A DNA stretch of 62,855 nucleotides, filler included, from Octopus bimaculoides (taxonomy: Eukaryota), in assembly GCF_001194135.2 (NCBI RefSeq). It is 4 parts of 4 records of this genome, joined end to end, with 100 filler letters (N's around TTAATTAATTAA, not from the genome) between each part and the next. Parts side by side here need not be neighbours in the genome. Positions count along the whole stretch, not along the records: positions 20,893 to 52,015 come from NC_068982.1; 3 more parts are not named here. One strand, written 5' to 3'. The position numbers were made by a program, and so were the translations under genes. This document shows positions 24,316-38,224 of this stretch, piece by piece. The number at the start of each line of letters is the position of its first letter. Positions within the stretch are counted from its first letter, which is position 1. The notes under the pieces are model-generated. The model was not told the origin of the DNA. It worked only from the letters and a program-made list of their open reading frames with translations, and made no database searches.

Positions 24316-26777
24316 ATCCGTCCTAGAACATTAGTAAGTGAATTACATGGTCTATTTCAGTTGTTCTCATCCGGGGTCCATATGACTCTAAGGGGTCTTC
24401 ATAAGATTTTATAATTAAAATATATCTGCCATCCATTGGTTATATTAATACAATCCACAAAGTATTTTAGCTATTTGTATACACTTCCTAATAGTATTTA
24501 ATTATAAATATATAATACGATTTTTTAATGAGTGAATTGCTATGATGGTCCATTTGATTAGAATAGAAATCAAAGGGATCAATATGTAAAATAGGGGTGA
24601 AAACCCCTCGTTTATTCTGCAACTGTCTCTTCTATTCCAGAGATTTCATTTTAAAAGATGATTAACTGGACAGAATTTGTTATTTATAATGTCACTGCTA
24701 TTTAAATCAGCAATTTTTAAAAATGTAAACAATAATTTTACAAATCGACTAACAAAATTGTTTGTACGAGGCCTCTAAACTTTTCAAAACAACACTTAAT
24801 ATCCCTCAAATCATAACTTTTGTCTACAATTGATAAATTACAATTTTGACACTAATACTTTGTAACACTAAAACGATGGAAATAGCTTAATTATATTTTT
24901 ATCTCTAAATCTGTTCTACCTAGGGCTAAAAAACTGCAATTCATTATCTCATTTTACATTGAGAGAAATGAAAATGGAGTGATATTTTGCTCTCCTCAAA
25001 TTATTCGTTTCTTCTATTAATTACATTCACGAGGTTTTCAACGAAGGTAGTCTGTTTCGTAGTCTGGTTTTTCCCCCTTGTTTTCATAACAAAAGATTAA
25101 CCGCAAAATAATTACAACTCCAGATGATTAAAACTTCTGTTCGGTTATTACTCGATTCTTTTAGAAGTTATTTTTATTTCGTCACCAGACAGAATCCTAA
25201 TGAAGTAAGATCGTTTAGACGTAATCAACGTCTGATCTATTTAACAATAGACATTTTAACATGTTGATATCTTTTTAATCATTATCTTGAAGCTATCATA
25301 TTGCACTGCGAAGCCATATTTTCTATATATCTCAGTCCATCAAATAAAGATATTATCCGTCTTATTTCCCATAGGCTATATGAAAATATATTACCTGATT
25401 ACTAAACCGCATTTTATTCAAATTAATTTTTTTTTATATCACAATTAAGAAATAATTTAATCAAAAGATATCATCTCCGAAGTTTGTTCGTTTCTAGTAT
25501 TTCCACACGCATGGAAACGTAGAATATTCTACATGAGAGCAATGAATGAGTTTGTGAGAGATTCATTTCTGCTTCTATGGAAGCAATTTTACTTTCGAAT
25601 AAATTCATCAGTGCAAGATGGATCTAGTGATAGTTTAGATAGACGTATCTACACTATCGCGATGTAAGCTGGCATATTTTCTTGCTAGTAAAAATTAAGA
25701 CTCTAACTTGAGGGATGAAATATCGGAGGTTATTTTAGCGTAATAGTAAGCACGTTTGATATGAGTACAAAGATGCGGCAGTTAAAGGTTTGTCTTAATA
25801 ACTAATGAGATGCCGGAGCAAACTTCATCCCCGGCATCCGAAACTCTGAGTTTTATTGTGACAACCAAATAACTGTCACATATTATATGTGTGTGTATGT
25901 ATGTATGTATGTATGTATGCACGCACACATATCTATCTATCCATCCATCTATTCATCTATCTGTGTGTGGTCGTGTGTGTGATTGTTGGAGAATAGAATG
26001 AGACAATATTTTAGCGTTCAGCTCATTATTTAAACAAAATATATTACCTAATTTCAAAATATTTATTTATCAAAGACCATAGAAATACAACAGTGATTAT
26101 CGTGGTTTTTCCAATTTGTAGAAATGCTTTACGTACGCATCTTTGTAAATTGTTTTCTGTGATTTGTTTGAAAACGATATTGCTGTTGCGTCTCATTCCA
26201 ATGATGAGTTGAGTTAATGACACTATATTACATATACCACGTTCGTCGTGAGATAGCTGTTTTTCTTATGAATCTAACTTGCTAAGTTGCAGCCATTGTG
26301 AGAAAAATCCGGAATGATATGCAAACATTAAGTACGATGTTATCTAACATGTAATTCTATATTCTATTGACTTCTATGTACGTCCATATCTTCAAGTTTC
26401 CGTTTTCTAGCGTCCTGGCACAGTTTCTCTATCGATGGCATCATTTGAAGCATCTTTGTCATACGCATCAGCTTCGTGAATATCTGCAAGTGGTATATTT
26501 TGTGGTCAACCAAGTTAACGATGTGTATGTGTGCATATGTGCTGCTGAGTATATGTTTATATATATATATATATATATAGGCAAATCAAAAATAAATACA
26601 AAACAGGTAAAGTAACAGAAGTCAATTAGATGTATAATGAATATATCAGACTGAAAATGACGTTTCAAGCATGGATCCTCGTCGCAAAGAGGAAAAAGTT
26701 CAGAGCGGAGGAAAAGGAGAAAGGAGTCGATAGTTCGGAGAAAAGCAAGCTTATTGTTACATGGCCTAAAATATGTA

Positions 26778-26856
<79 letters not shown>

Positions 26857-27004
26857 CTATCTATCTATCTGTTTTTCTGTCTGTCTGTCTCTCTGCCTGT
26901 CTCTCTCTCTCTCTCTGTGTCAGTCTGTATGTCTATATATCTATCTATTTATCAATATTCTATCAACTTATCTATCAATCTATATCTCTGTATGTATATA
27001 TACT

Positions 27005-27041
<37 letters not shown>

Positions 27042-28730
27042 CTGTGTGTATATATATATATATATATATGCAGAGAGATAGATAGAAATATGAATATGTA
27101 TTTGTCTGTGCGTGTGCGCGTGCGTGTGCGTGTGTTAGCTGTTTCTATGTATGTATGTATGTATGTATGTATGTGTGTATGTATAAATCTATGTATAAAC
27201 GTAAGTCTATATAAGTGACATATAAATCATTACGTTATGCTTCTGCGTTTCTCATAGTCTCCAATAACATTAATATGTACAAACTATAAGGAAATGTTTG
27301 AATCGATATAGAGAATGATCAGTTATGCCACAATGATGAAATTATATTAAGACGGGTTAAGTATTTATAATAATATAAAATTTAACATCTATTTTAATTA
27401 CTATTCTGAGAATATATTAAAGTTAATGAACCAAATTACGAAATAGTAACTCACTGTTGAAAACTTATTTGAGATCCTACCTATGTCACAAAATCGTTAA
27501 TACGCGACAATGAATATTCCAGTAATAATCACTGACTGAATACTGATTCGATTATGCTTTATTTCCCTCGAATTATACTCGTAAACATAACTTGTATTTC
27601 CGTGACAAATACTAATATCAGGAGTAACAAAACAGGTATCATAAAATCCACTTTATCCGAACTTAACAAGAATTTTCTGCCGATAATCTCATGAGAAATA
27701 TTTAATGGTGATATATGAAAAGTCGTTAATGTCGATATTATAGTAGCATTCTATTATGGCTTTAATAGCCGTTTTTATCGGTTAATTTAATGATAATTTT
27801 TATTGCCCTTTACACGTATACATCTGGTTTGAACCATTATAACATATTTTCAATCCATATGCCATTTGCTCATAAATAATATTTTTTTTATTATCAGCTT
27901 AGTAATTTAATTAAAACCACATTATCTATCACGCAATGGAACTGAACTGGTGATTATAATTCTTATAGTAACATTCTTAATGTTTCTGCAAAGCGCATCT
28001 TACTTTTAGCCCTTTTTTTTATCCTCTCTAGCTATTTAAGATATAAGGATATAAAAATATCCAGCTATAAATAATACTTAAATATTCTGTTTGAAGGGAA
28101 GCTAAATCCCATGAATCATGCAAATATGATAGGGTTTTACATATCTGATATAGTGAAGAGAAAATATTCAACCGGAGATTATCGAGTGAAATAGTAGTCA
28201 AAATTTCCCTGTAAGTTGGCTTCAAATCTAAAAACAGCATACAAAAACGATGACTCCAATACAAAAACGATGACTCCAATACAAAAACTTTCCTTGAATT
28301 CTGGGAAATGCAGTATAGTTGTGTATTCTGTTTTTACCCTAACTTCTAAAAGTGAAAGACATATTTCCGACGTATTACAAAACCTTAGTGAAATAAATTG
28401 TATGCAAATTTCAAAACAAAATTCGATTATTGCGAAAAGTAAATGGAATGTAGTGAGGTTAGTTTTCAATGCAAAGCTTATTTTGAATGCCAAGAATACC
28501 CTAGGCGAGAGTTCTGCGTGTTAAATATTGATAACGTGCGGTCATACGTACTTAATAGCAGTAAGTTTGAAACTAATAACAAGAGAGAGTAACACCCATT
28601 AAATGACCTAATCTAATATATAAAGAACTCAGTTATAGAGTATAGCTAATATTCATGTGCACGGTTAAAGGGAAAAGTTTCACGATTATAAGACCACCTC
28701 ATCAGAACATACTCACAAAAATAGTTCGAC

Positions 28731-28790
28731 AAAGCTTTATCACGTGATTTCGAAATTTAACCACTAGGTCTTATTTCTCGTCAGAGATAT
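28731..28790 (-). ncRNA. Candidate hammerhead-like motif (canonical core, poor stem I)
   Basis: Minus strand: ATATCT CTGACGA GAAAT-AA-GACC-TAGT-GGTT-AA-ATTTC GAAA T-CACGTG-A TA AAGCTT. Confidence 0.35.
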
Positions 28791-28972
28791 CCACCAAGTA
28801 TTCAGAATTAAAGAGATAACTCACCTCGTAATAGTTCATGAGATGAGAAGGAAAAAACCGTTGATAGGCAAGCGCCATAATTCAAACAGTTAAAGTGTAT
28901 ATTATCAATGCAAAAAGATACTACAATGATATATTAATATATTAAGATATATTAAATACATTATACTATATA

Positions 28973-29334
28973 GGCGTAGGAGTGGCTGTGAGGTAAGTAG
29001 CTTGCTTACGAAGCACATGGTTCCGGGTTCAGTCCCACTGCGTGACACCTTGGGCAGGTGTCTTCTACTATAGCCTCAGGTCAACCAAAGCCTTGTGTGT
29101 GGATTTGGTAGACGGAAACTGAAAGAAGCCCGTCGTATATATGTATGTGTGCGTGTATATATTCGCTTGACAACCGATGCTGGTGTGTTTACGTCCCCGT
29201 AGCCTAGCCGTTTGGCAAAAGAGACCGTTAGAATAAGTACTAGGCTTACAAAGAATAAGTCCTGGGGTCGATTTGCTCGACTAAAGGCGGTGATCCAGCA
29301 TGGCCACAGTCAAGTGACCGAAACAAGTAAAAGA
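28973..29334 (+). mobile_element. SINE family A, near full-length
   Basis: Head GGCGTAGGAGTGGCTGTGAGGTAAG through tail GAAACAAGTAAAAGA. Confidence 0.9.
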
Positions 29335-30584
29335 ATATATGTGGCTCGCTAGCAATTAAAAACCAAAAAGGAATTGTGTAGTTGTTGCATGTCTCCGACG
29401 AGAAACGAGATTATACTGATTGAATTTCGAAATTACTTGATAAGGCTCTGTCCAACTATTTCTTGTGAGTTTTTTCTCACAAAAGGAAGATCGGTTAGCT
29501 ACGTGTGCCCGCTTCACCTAAATATAATGAGGTTAGTGTTTTTTGTGAAACATGTGTCACATGTTAAGCAATCGGTGCTATTTTGCACCTTTCATATATA
29601 TGTGTGTGTGTGTATATGAAGAGAGATAGAGAGAAAGAAAGAAAGAGAGTGTCAGACAAACAGACAGACAGAGGCAGAGAGAAAGAGAGATAAGTAGATA
29701 GATAGATACATGCACATATACATACGCATAGACACCGACATCGACACACACACATATGCATACACACACACACTCACACAATCACATACATAGATATGTA
29801 TGTATACGGAGAACTGTAGCTTCTGCGTGGATTCAACTTAGTTTATTGAGTATGAGAAGCCCTATTATATATTATACAGGAGTGCCCACTACTGGTGTGC
29901 GATTTCGGTTTTGTCGGACTTGGAAGTGAAATTTTTGGTGAAATACGAAATAAAAATATGTTCAGGGCAGAGTAATCGTGGTTCTTCTCCTTTTTTTATC
30001 TATGTTGTTTTTGTCTTTTCCTCTGTCACTAGGACGACAAATTATATTATTTTTTAATAACTGTTACGATTTAAACAAACTACCAACCTTCTTTAACATG
30101 TCACTCTTTGACATGGAGCCACGCATCAAGAAAACCTTAAAATTTAAACTGTACATGAATTTCAAATGAAAAGATAATTTTTTGTGAAACTAGTTAGCAC
30201 TTTTATACACTGGAGGGACGTTTCTCCATGGATAACACGCTACGCGATATTGGGCCCATTAGAAATCTTTTATTTACAATTTCCATCATATTTTATACAG
30301 CATATGTATGAATATGCTGTCATTTCCGATAAATTTTTTGCTGCTGTAAAATGAAAATCAAGCCAATCAAAATTAAAAAAAAAAACTATACATATGTTTG
30401 AAAGGGAAAATTTAAGTATGAAAGCGAAAGATAAATGACACTATAGGATTTCTCACGTCGAAAAATTTCCAAATGATAAAACGAGGTGGATATAAACGAT
30501 AAACCACTTTATCGGTGGGAAGGAATATTTCCTGCGAAGATATAGGTGCGCTCACCCACGCAAATATAAACACACATGCACGTC

Positions 30585-30620
<36 letters not shown>

Positions 30621-31234
30621 NNNNNNNNNNNNNNNNNNNNNNNNNNNNNNNNNNNNNNNNNNNNNNNNNNNNNNNNNNNNNNNNNNNNNNNNNNNNNNNN
30701 NNNNNNNNNNNNNNNNNNNNNNNNNNNNNNNNNNNNNNNNNNNNNNNNNNNNNNNNNNNNNNNNNNNNNNNNNNNNNNNNNNNNNNNNNNNNNNNNNNNN
30801 NNNNNNNNNNNNNNNNNNNNNNNNNNNNNNNNNNNNNNNNNNNNNNNNNNNNNNNNNNNNNNNNNNNNNNNNNNNNNNNNNNNNNNNNNNNNNNNNNNNN
30901 NNNNNNNNNNNNNNNNNNNNNNNNNNNNNNNNNNNNNNNNNNNNNNNNNNNNNNNNNNNNNNNNNNNNNNNNNNNNNNNNNNNNNNNNNNNNNNNNNNNN
31001 NNNNNNNNNNNATATATATACAGGGAGAGAGTGGGAAAGAGAGAGTGGGGGAGAGAGAGAGGGAGGGACTTTTTCAAAAATTACGATTAAGGAAGACATT
31101 TCTAGAGTGCAGAATGGTACTAACTGCTCAGAAGGAATTTCACAAATTGTGTGTAAGCTTTAATAAATGTTCAAGCGCTTTCAGTTCTCAGCGTTATCAA
31201 GAATATGTTATTGCTACCGCATGTAGCGGAGTTG

Positions 31235-31445
31235 TTTTAGGTAAATTTGAAGATAATTTCCCGTTCAGTTTCGAATTCGGAGACCTTATAAAATATTCTT
31301 CTTTTGCCTTTCGAAGCATGTCGTTTTCGTCATTTATTTTAGAAAAGGGGAATGTTGTGAATATTCCTTGTGCACAGGTATCTAAGTGGTTGCTGCATGG
31401 TATGCACCTAAGCGAAGGATGTTTTATTTGGTGTCTATGCACATT
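31235..31445 (-). pseudogene. Penelope-like element GIY-YIG endonuclease C-terminal fragment
   Basis: HRHQIKHPSLRCIPCSNHLDTCAQGIFTTFPFSKINDENDMLRKAKEEYFI followed by a frameshifted SKLN. This matches the H-R...HL..C...R..KE..FI..F.PKLN ending typical of PLE endonucleases (family knowledge, no search run). Confidence 0.7.
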
Positions 31446-31947
31446 TGAACGGTTGGTTTATACATATATGTGTGTGTGTGTGTGTGTGTGTATATTTGTG
31501 TATATGTATGTCTGCATCTCTATATATGNNNNNNNNNNNNNNNNNNNNNNNNNNNNNNNNNNNNNNNNNNNNNNNNNNNNNNNNNNNNNNNNNNNNNNNN
31601 NNNNNNNNNNNNNNNNNNNNNNNNNNNNNNNNNNNNNNNNNNNNNNNNNNNNNNNNNNNNNNNNNNNNNNNNNNNNNNNNNNNNNNNNNNNNNNNNNNNN
31701 NNNNNNNNNNNNNNNNNNNNNNNNNNNNNNNNNNNNNNNNNNNNNNNNNNNNNNNNNNNNNNNNNNNNNNNNNNNNNNNNNNNNNNNNNNNNNNNNNNNN
31801 NNNNNNNNNNNNNNNNNNNNNNNNNNNNNNNNNNNNNNNNNNNNNNNNNNNNNNNNNNNNNNNNNNNNNNNNNNNNNNNNNNNNNNNNNNNNNNNNNNNN
31901 NNNNNNNNNNNNNNNNATATATATATATATATATATATACACACATG

Positions 31948-31994
<47 letters not shown>

Positions 31995-34900
31995 TTGGAT
32001 TGCTTTTGTTCAGTCCACAGCAAGACCTCAGTATGTTTCCACCACCAACTACAGTCTAATATGGAGGCTCTGAATCTGAAATGATACTGGTTTTATGGAC
32101 TTACTCTACCACACTGGCTCGACATGGATTGACAGAGGGGTGCAGTTTTTAGGAGTAGTTAAGTTGATTACATCGACCCCAGTACTCAACTGGTACTTAT
32201 TTTCTCGACCCTGAATGAGTTAAAGCAAAGACGGTCTGGGTGGCATTTGGACTCAGAAAGTAAGAATGGATGAAATACCGCTAAGAATGGGGGGGGGCGT
32301 GTGCGCCCGCGCACCCGCGAGCGCGTATACTCAGAAAAGTGCACTTTTGTTAATTAAAAGTGTAGTTGATTGCTCACGTAATTAATCAGCCGTTACTGAA
32401 AATTTTGTATTTGTAACTTACTAATGAAACAATCATAATTACTTTTCACCTGACATTATACTAATTAACAACAGTTGTACAACATTATTTGCTAATTAAG
32501 CTATGTAATCACTGTAACAGTATGTCAATGAGATCTTGAAAATAGTAATATATATAACATCGATTCGAACCCTTTCCATACGGAATATACATTTATCACA
32601 GGAATATCTTCCTTGCACGGATCGTTCTCGTGACCAGTTAACCTTTTTTTTCCACGGCCTTAAAATGCTTGAAATTTTGAATTCAGTTCCAGATCCCGTT
32701 TTTTGTCTAAACTTTAAAATAATTATTAGCCTTACTTCACACAACACGTCCCATTGCACATTCCGAAGACATTCTATGTATACGATTATCACTTTGTACT
32801 GTTTATTATATTTTGTTACTGCCCTTGCTTCTTTTTCTATTTTATTTGTTGTTTCCGTTCTTCGCATATCTCTTTATTCATACACTTCGACCTAGTGAAT
32901 TGGTGTTTTCTTATCATTGTACTTGTAATATTTTCCCTGTTCTTGTTCGCCTATCATTCTGTTTCGTTATACACCAGCAATTTATGCTGCTGACACCAAC
33001 AAATTAAATAATTTTATTGGATGGTGTCGAAATCGTAACGATATTTGGTCTATAATTAATGAAGGATGAATCATAACTGCGTTTATTATGTGTATCCTTC
33101 TCCCGTTCTGTAAGTTGCCTTGTCGATCGTATGTGCCACAAATTTATTAAAATGATATACTTCTTCAACTATTGATAATTTACTTTAAAAAATCTGAAGT
33201 ACATCCAATTTTATGTAATTAATTCTGTCTGTAAATTAATGGAGTGTCAATACTTGAAAGTGTATAACGCTATTTATGTATGCTTAGCCACATTTTCCAC
33301 CATTGAATCGTTAATTTTTTTGCTTGATTTGTCTAACATATATATATACACGTATACACGTGTGTTTCAGTTGCTAGTCGTTACCAAAATACAACATAAA
33401 CTATATGTCTTACTTTTCCTAAACATTATGCCCTCGATTATAAATCCGTTGTTTAAATGACATATATTAAATATTATATTAAATAATACATATCCGGATG
33501 ATATTTTAAAATGAAAATTAATAATAAATTCCAGATAATGCATAGTTCTTTAGTCATTTAGTATTTATTCCAGTTAATGCATAATACTTTAGTCACTTAG
33601 TATTTAAAATGCAATGTGTGAAAAAAGCAATTAAGAAAATTGCTACAACTCTAACCTATTTCGACTTGTTTTCTGTTATATGAATAAGATAACAAACGAA
33701 TTACTATAAATGCATATGCACAACATTGTGTACTAGTTTCTCTTGCTTTTTATTTTAATGCAAATGATTTCAAGCAAAAAACCTCGAAATAGTTATCAAT
33801 GTTTGTCTTTGCATGAAGACGCTAAATGACGAATACAATGTACAGCAAGGCAGTAGACTTTACCGGGAAGTAAATATCGCAAATTAAATTTACTCAGTAA
33901 AACACACAGAAACACACATACATACATACATACATACGTACATACATACATACATACATACAGATTGTCTTAACGAACGCAGCAGTATAATTTTTACCTG
34001 CAAACCTCGGTCACATGATCTATTCTCAAAATACAAATAACAACCCCACCCCGCTTTCCCCACTAACATTCATAAGTTTTCATTCTTATCTACTCTCACT
34101 ACCGCCATATATTAACCAACAGTATATCTTCCCTTTAATTCCTTATTGTCATTTACATATTTATCTGAATTTTTCCTTACCTTCTAAAAACTTTTTTCAC
34201 TTATTTCACCTATCTACCCCTCCTACCCCTCTCTTTGTAAACATACCAGTACATACGCCAACATACACCTCCACTACTTCATACTGTAAACACACTCGCA
34301 GCACACAATATACATTCCGCCACGATTCTTCTCCATTCTTTCTTGCTTTCATCATGCATATATATTTTTATTCCTCTTGACCTAAAACATTTCTCCACCA
34401 TCTTCCCTCCATATTATTTTTTCTAATACCACTCCCCTTGCTAATTTCTGTAATTCGGTCAAAACAGGCCTTTTGAATACTACCGGTCAAATGACTGTGC
34501 TTAAATTCTTCATTCTTTTCACTCCCTTACATTTTCTTCTTTTTTCCTTCTTTTAATACTTATTCATCTCTACATTAATATTCTTCTCTCCTTCTGTGCT
34601 CTCTTCACATTCAGATTGAATCTTCCATGCGTTAACATGTTCCCCCTTGTGGCAATGTAAACTTTCATTTAATCAAGATGTCCTGGGCCTGAAGAGTAGC
34701 CTGTGGTATACACCTCGCCTGGATNNNNNNNNNNNNNNNNNNNNNNNNNNNNNNNNNNNNNNNNNNNNNNNNNNNNNNNNNNNNNNNNNNNNNNNNNNNN
34801 NNNNNNNNNNNNNNNNNNNNNNNNNNNNNNNNNNNNNNNNNNNNNNNNNNNNNNNNNNNNNNNNNNNNNNNNNNNNNNNNNNNNNNNNNNNNNNNNNNNN

Positions 34901-35164
34901 NNNNNNNNNNNNNNNNNNNNNNNNNNNNNNNNNNNNNNNNNNNNNNNNNNNNNNNNNNNNNNNNNNNNNNNNNNNNNNNNNNNNNNNNNNNNNNNNNNNN
35001 NNNNNNNNNNNNNNNNNNNNNNNNNNNNNNNNNNNNNNNNNNNNNNNNNNNNNNNNNNNNNNNNNNNNNNNNNNNNNNNNNNNNAGGAAAAATATACTGT
35101 AATATACATCTGGAAGATGCAGGAAGGACTTGTCCCAAATGCTGGCGCTGAAAGTTTTATTGTT

Positions 35165-35590
35165 TTCTACTCTAAGCACAAGGCCCGAAACTTTTGGATA
35201 GGGGGCCAGTCGATTGAATCGACCACTGTATGCAACTGGTACTTAATTTATCGACCCCGAAAGGATAAAAGGCAATGTCGACCTCGGCGGAATTTGAACT
35301 CAAAAGGTAAAGACAGACGAAATACCGCTATGCATTTCGCCCAGCGTGCTAACGTTTCTTATTTCTTTATTGCCCACAAGGAGCTAAACATAGAGGGGAC
35401 AAACAAGGACAGACAAAGGAATTCAGTCGACTATATCGACCCCAGTGCGTAACTGGTACTTAATTCATCGACACCGAAAGGATGAAAGGCAACGTCGACC
35501 TGGGCGGAATTAGAACTCAGAACGTAACGGCAGACGAAATACCGCTAAGCATTTCGCCCGGCGTGTTAACGTTTCTGCCAGCTCGCCGCT
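35165..35590 (-). mobile_element. Two tandem SINE family B copies (~35165-35355 and ~35365-35590)
   Basis: Two successive reverse-complement family B bodies. Confidence 0.88.
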
Positions 35591-35619
35591 TTGCGTTGAA
35601 AGTTATATTGACACCAGAA

Positions 35620-35995
35620 CAGGATGCCATTGTATAATGCTTAAATTCCTACACTTGCCGTTAATATATAGGATTAGATGCTGCAATTGCTTTGAATTCA
35701 AGAGCGCACAACACTTCAGTATCTTCTCAAAAATACTGAGACACGTTCATGAGGTGGATGCAGATGTCTTCAAATCTAAACTTGATCTCCTACTCTCAAG
35801 CATTACAGATAAGCCAATTTCAACGCAGGAAGCAGGTATTAGGGCTGCATCATCAATTCCGTCTTTCACCAAAAGCCAAATATTAATGTGCATTAATGAA
35901 GGTGGAGGAAAACCCGCTGGTGGTGCCTCAGTATGACCACGGCCCGCGGGCTGGAAATGTTAAGTGAGTAAAGAGTAAAAGAGCATAATTGTGTT
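35620..35995 (+). mobile_element. 3' end of a CR1/L2-group LINE (ORF2 C-terminus, 3' UTR, GAGTAAA tail)
   Basis: CCNCFEFKSAQHFSIFSKILRHVHEVDADVFKSKLDLLLSSITDKP...IRAASS, typical of CR1/L2-like ORF2 ends; tail GAGTAAAGAGTAAAAGAG. Confidence 0.7.
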
Positions 35996-36141
35996 TTCGT
36001 ATCGTGTGTGATGTGTGCGTATAAATGTACATGTGTGTGAGTATGCGTTTGCGTGTGTGTGCACGTGTGCTGGACAACAAATCGTTGGAATTTTATATTC
36101 AAATTTCCTTCAGTATATTCGGATACTTTTTTACTAGATGC

Positions 36142-36145
<4 letters not shown>

Positions 36146-36210
<65 letters not shown>
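36146..36210 (+). repeat. (AAT)n microsatellite
   Basis: Perfect AAT run. Confidence 0.95.
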
Positions 36211-36211
<1 letters not shown>

Positions 36212-36279
36212 GCGATTCCGATATCGACTGTAAATTAGATTAGTTTCTTTTGCAATAATTTGGCTGCCTTGCAATTCTT

Positions 36280-36705
36280 TTCCACTATAGGCACAAGGCC
36301 ATGAATTTTGGGGGAGGAGACCAGTAGATTAGATCGGCAGCAGTACGTAACTGATACTTAAATTATCGACCCCGAAATGATGAAAAACAAAGTCGACCAC
36401 AGCGGAATTTGATCTCAGAGCATAAAGACAAACGAAATACCGCTAAGCATTTCGCCCGGTGTGGTAACGCTTCTGCCAGCTCGCCGCCTTGAAAAAGTTA
36501 AATATTATTTTCTACTCTAGGCACAAGGCCCGAAATTTGGGGGTAGGGGCCAGTCGATTAGATCAACACCAATATGCAACTGGTGCTTAATTTATCTATT
36601 CGACCTGATGAAAAGGAAAGTCGACCTCGGCGGAATTTGAACTCAGAATGTAAACACAGACGAAATACCGCTAAGCATTTCGCCCGGCGTGCTAACGTTT
36701 TTAAC
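36280..36705 (-). mobile_element. Two tandem SINE family B copies (~36280-36490 and ~36508-36705)
   Basis: Reverse-complement family B sequences with GGCACAAGGCC tails. Confidence 0.88.
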
Positions 36706-37335
36706 AGCTCAACTTGCAATTATGCGACTTATTTAGGTACCGGGGGACTACAAAGATAAAACGATTTGCAATTTGAGGCATCAGTATCCGTTACGATAAA
36801 TACTCTTGATATCTTCAATGTTTATATGTATCGTATAATCTTTTATAAAGTCATTTCAACATCTGAAATCTTAAATAACTGTAATGCACTTCATAGGTCA
36901 GCTCTGATCTATGCATTGACTTGTGGTTATAAATTTACATCTCTATGCTATAACCTGTGCACTTTCAATAAGAATGTCTATTATTCATGAACACTTTGAC
37001 GAAGAAAAAGAATCGATTACGAATTATCTTCGTAATTTTTCACACAATAGATATTTTGGCTTCAACATCTGTAACAGTAATGGCTGACGACTTAATGCAT
37101 CTTATTTCTGCATTTTCATGTTAATATCGATATCGATAGTTAACCCGTGTTTTCATATTGTACTGCATTTTTAATCGTTCAACAGAAATATTCCACTAAT
37201 TGCATTATGTTTGAATTGCTCGATTGAACACTTAATATCATTATTTAATATGCTTAATAAATGTGCGTTTCTGAAAACAATATCAATATACGGTTGCACA
37301 AATGTCGATTTATATAGTCATATATACATATATGT

Positions 37336-37582
37336 GGAGGCGCGTGGCTTAGTGGTTAGCGTGTCAGCATCATGATCGTAAGATTGTGATTTCGATTCCT
37401 GGACCGGGTGACGCGTTGTGCTCTTGGGCAAAACACTTCATCTCACGTTGCTCCAGTCCATTCAGCTGGCAAAAATGAGTAACACTGCGATGGACTGGCG
37501 TCCCGTCCGGCTTAGGAGCACATGCGCTATTGAAACCGGGAAACCGGGCCCATGAGCCTGGTTAGGCTTTAAAAAGGTGCAT
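37336..37582 (+). mobile_element. SINE family C, tRNA head plus V-domain-like core
   Basis: A-box TGGCTTAGTGG, B-box-like ATTTCGATTCC, central CACTGCGATGGACTGGCGTCCCGTCC resembling the V-SINE conserved domain. Confidence 0.75.
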
Positions 37583-38224
37583 TTATTATTTATTTATATA
37601 TATACATACATACATATGTAGGAGGATAACAGAAATTATAGAAGGAACATGCGTGTGTGTAAGTATACAAGTACCATATGTATATATGTTTGTGTATGTG
37701 TGTGCGCGCGCGCGTGTGCATTTAAACCGATGGTAACAAGAAAAAATAAACCAGCACAGTAAACTACCACCACCAACGCAAAAAGAAACTGGAGTGATAC
37801 TGTGGGAATAGATAATAATCTTTTAAATATAGAAATCAATTACATTAGAGCAGATCAGAGCCGCCTCCAGTAGTTTGTGAATCTGAGAAGCGACGAAAAT
37901 ATCTAATCCAGAGCTGTAACCCTTGTTTCACAAATGTCACAAGCGACATGCCAATTTGGTCATTAAATCACCTTTGGTTCTAAAAGAAGGATAAAATATG
38001 GAAAAGGTACATAAAAATGTAAAGGTTGAAATCAACGGAACCCGATCCAGGTTAGGTAAATATAACTTTTTCTTTATACTATAAAAGAAACCATCTTAGC
38101 TGCAAAATTCGGAAAAGGTATATACTAAAACTTTCTCTCTAGAGAAGACTCGAAACAACATATGACACCTCATTTTCCTTGTTGCCACTTCATAAGAGCG
38201 CGTTAAGCTAATAAATGCCAGAAA

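Noticed and set aside
28670-28712. Second minus-strand CTGATGA...GAAAC near the 28.7 kb candidate
   Set aside because: No stem II pairing and no UH site after stem III.
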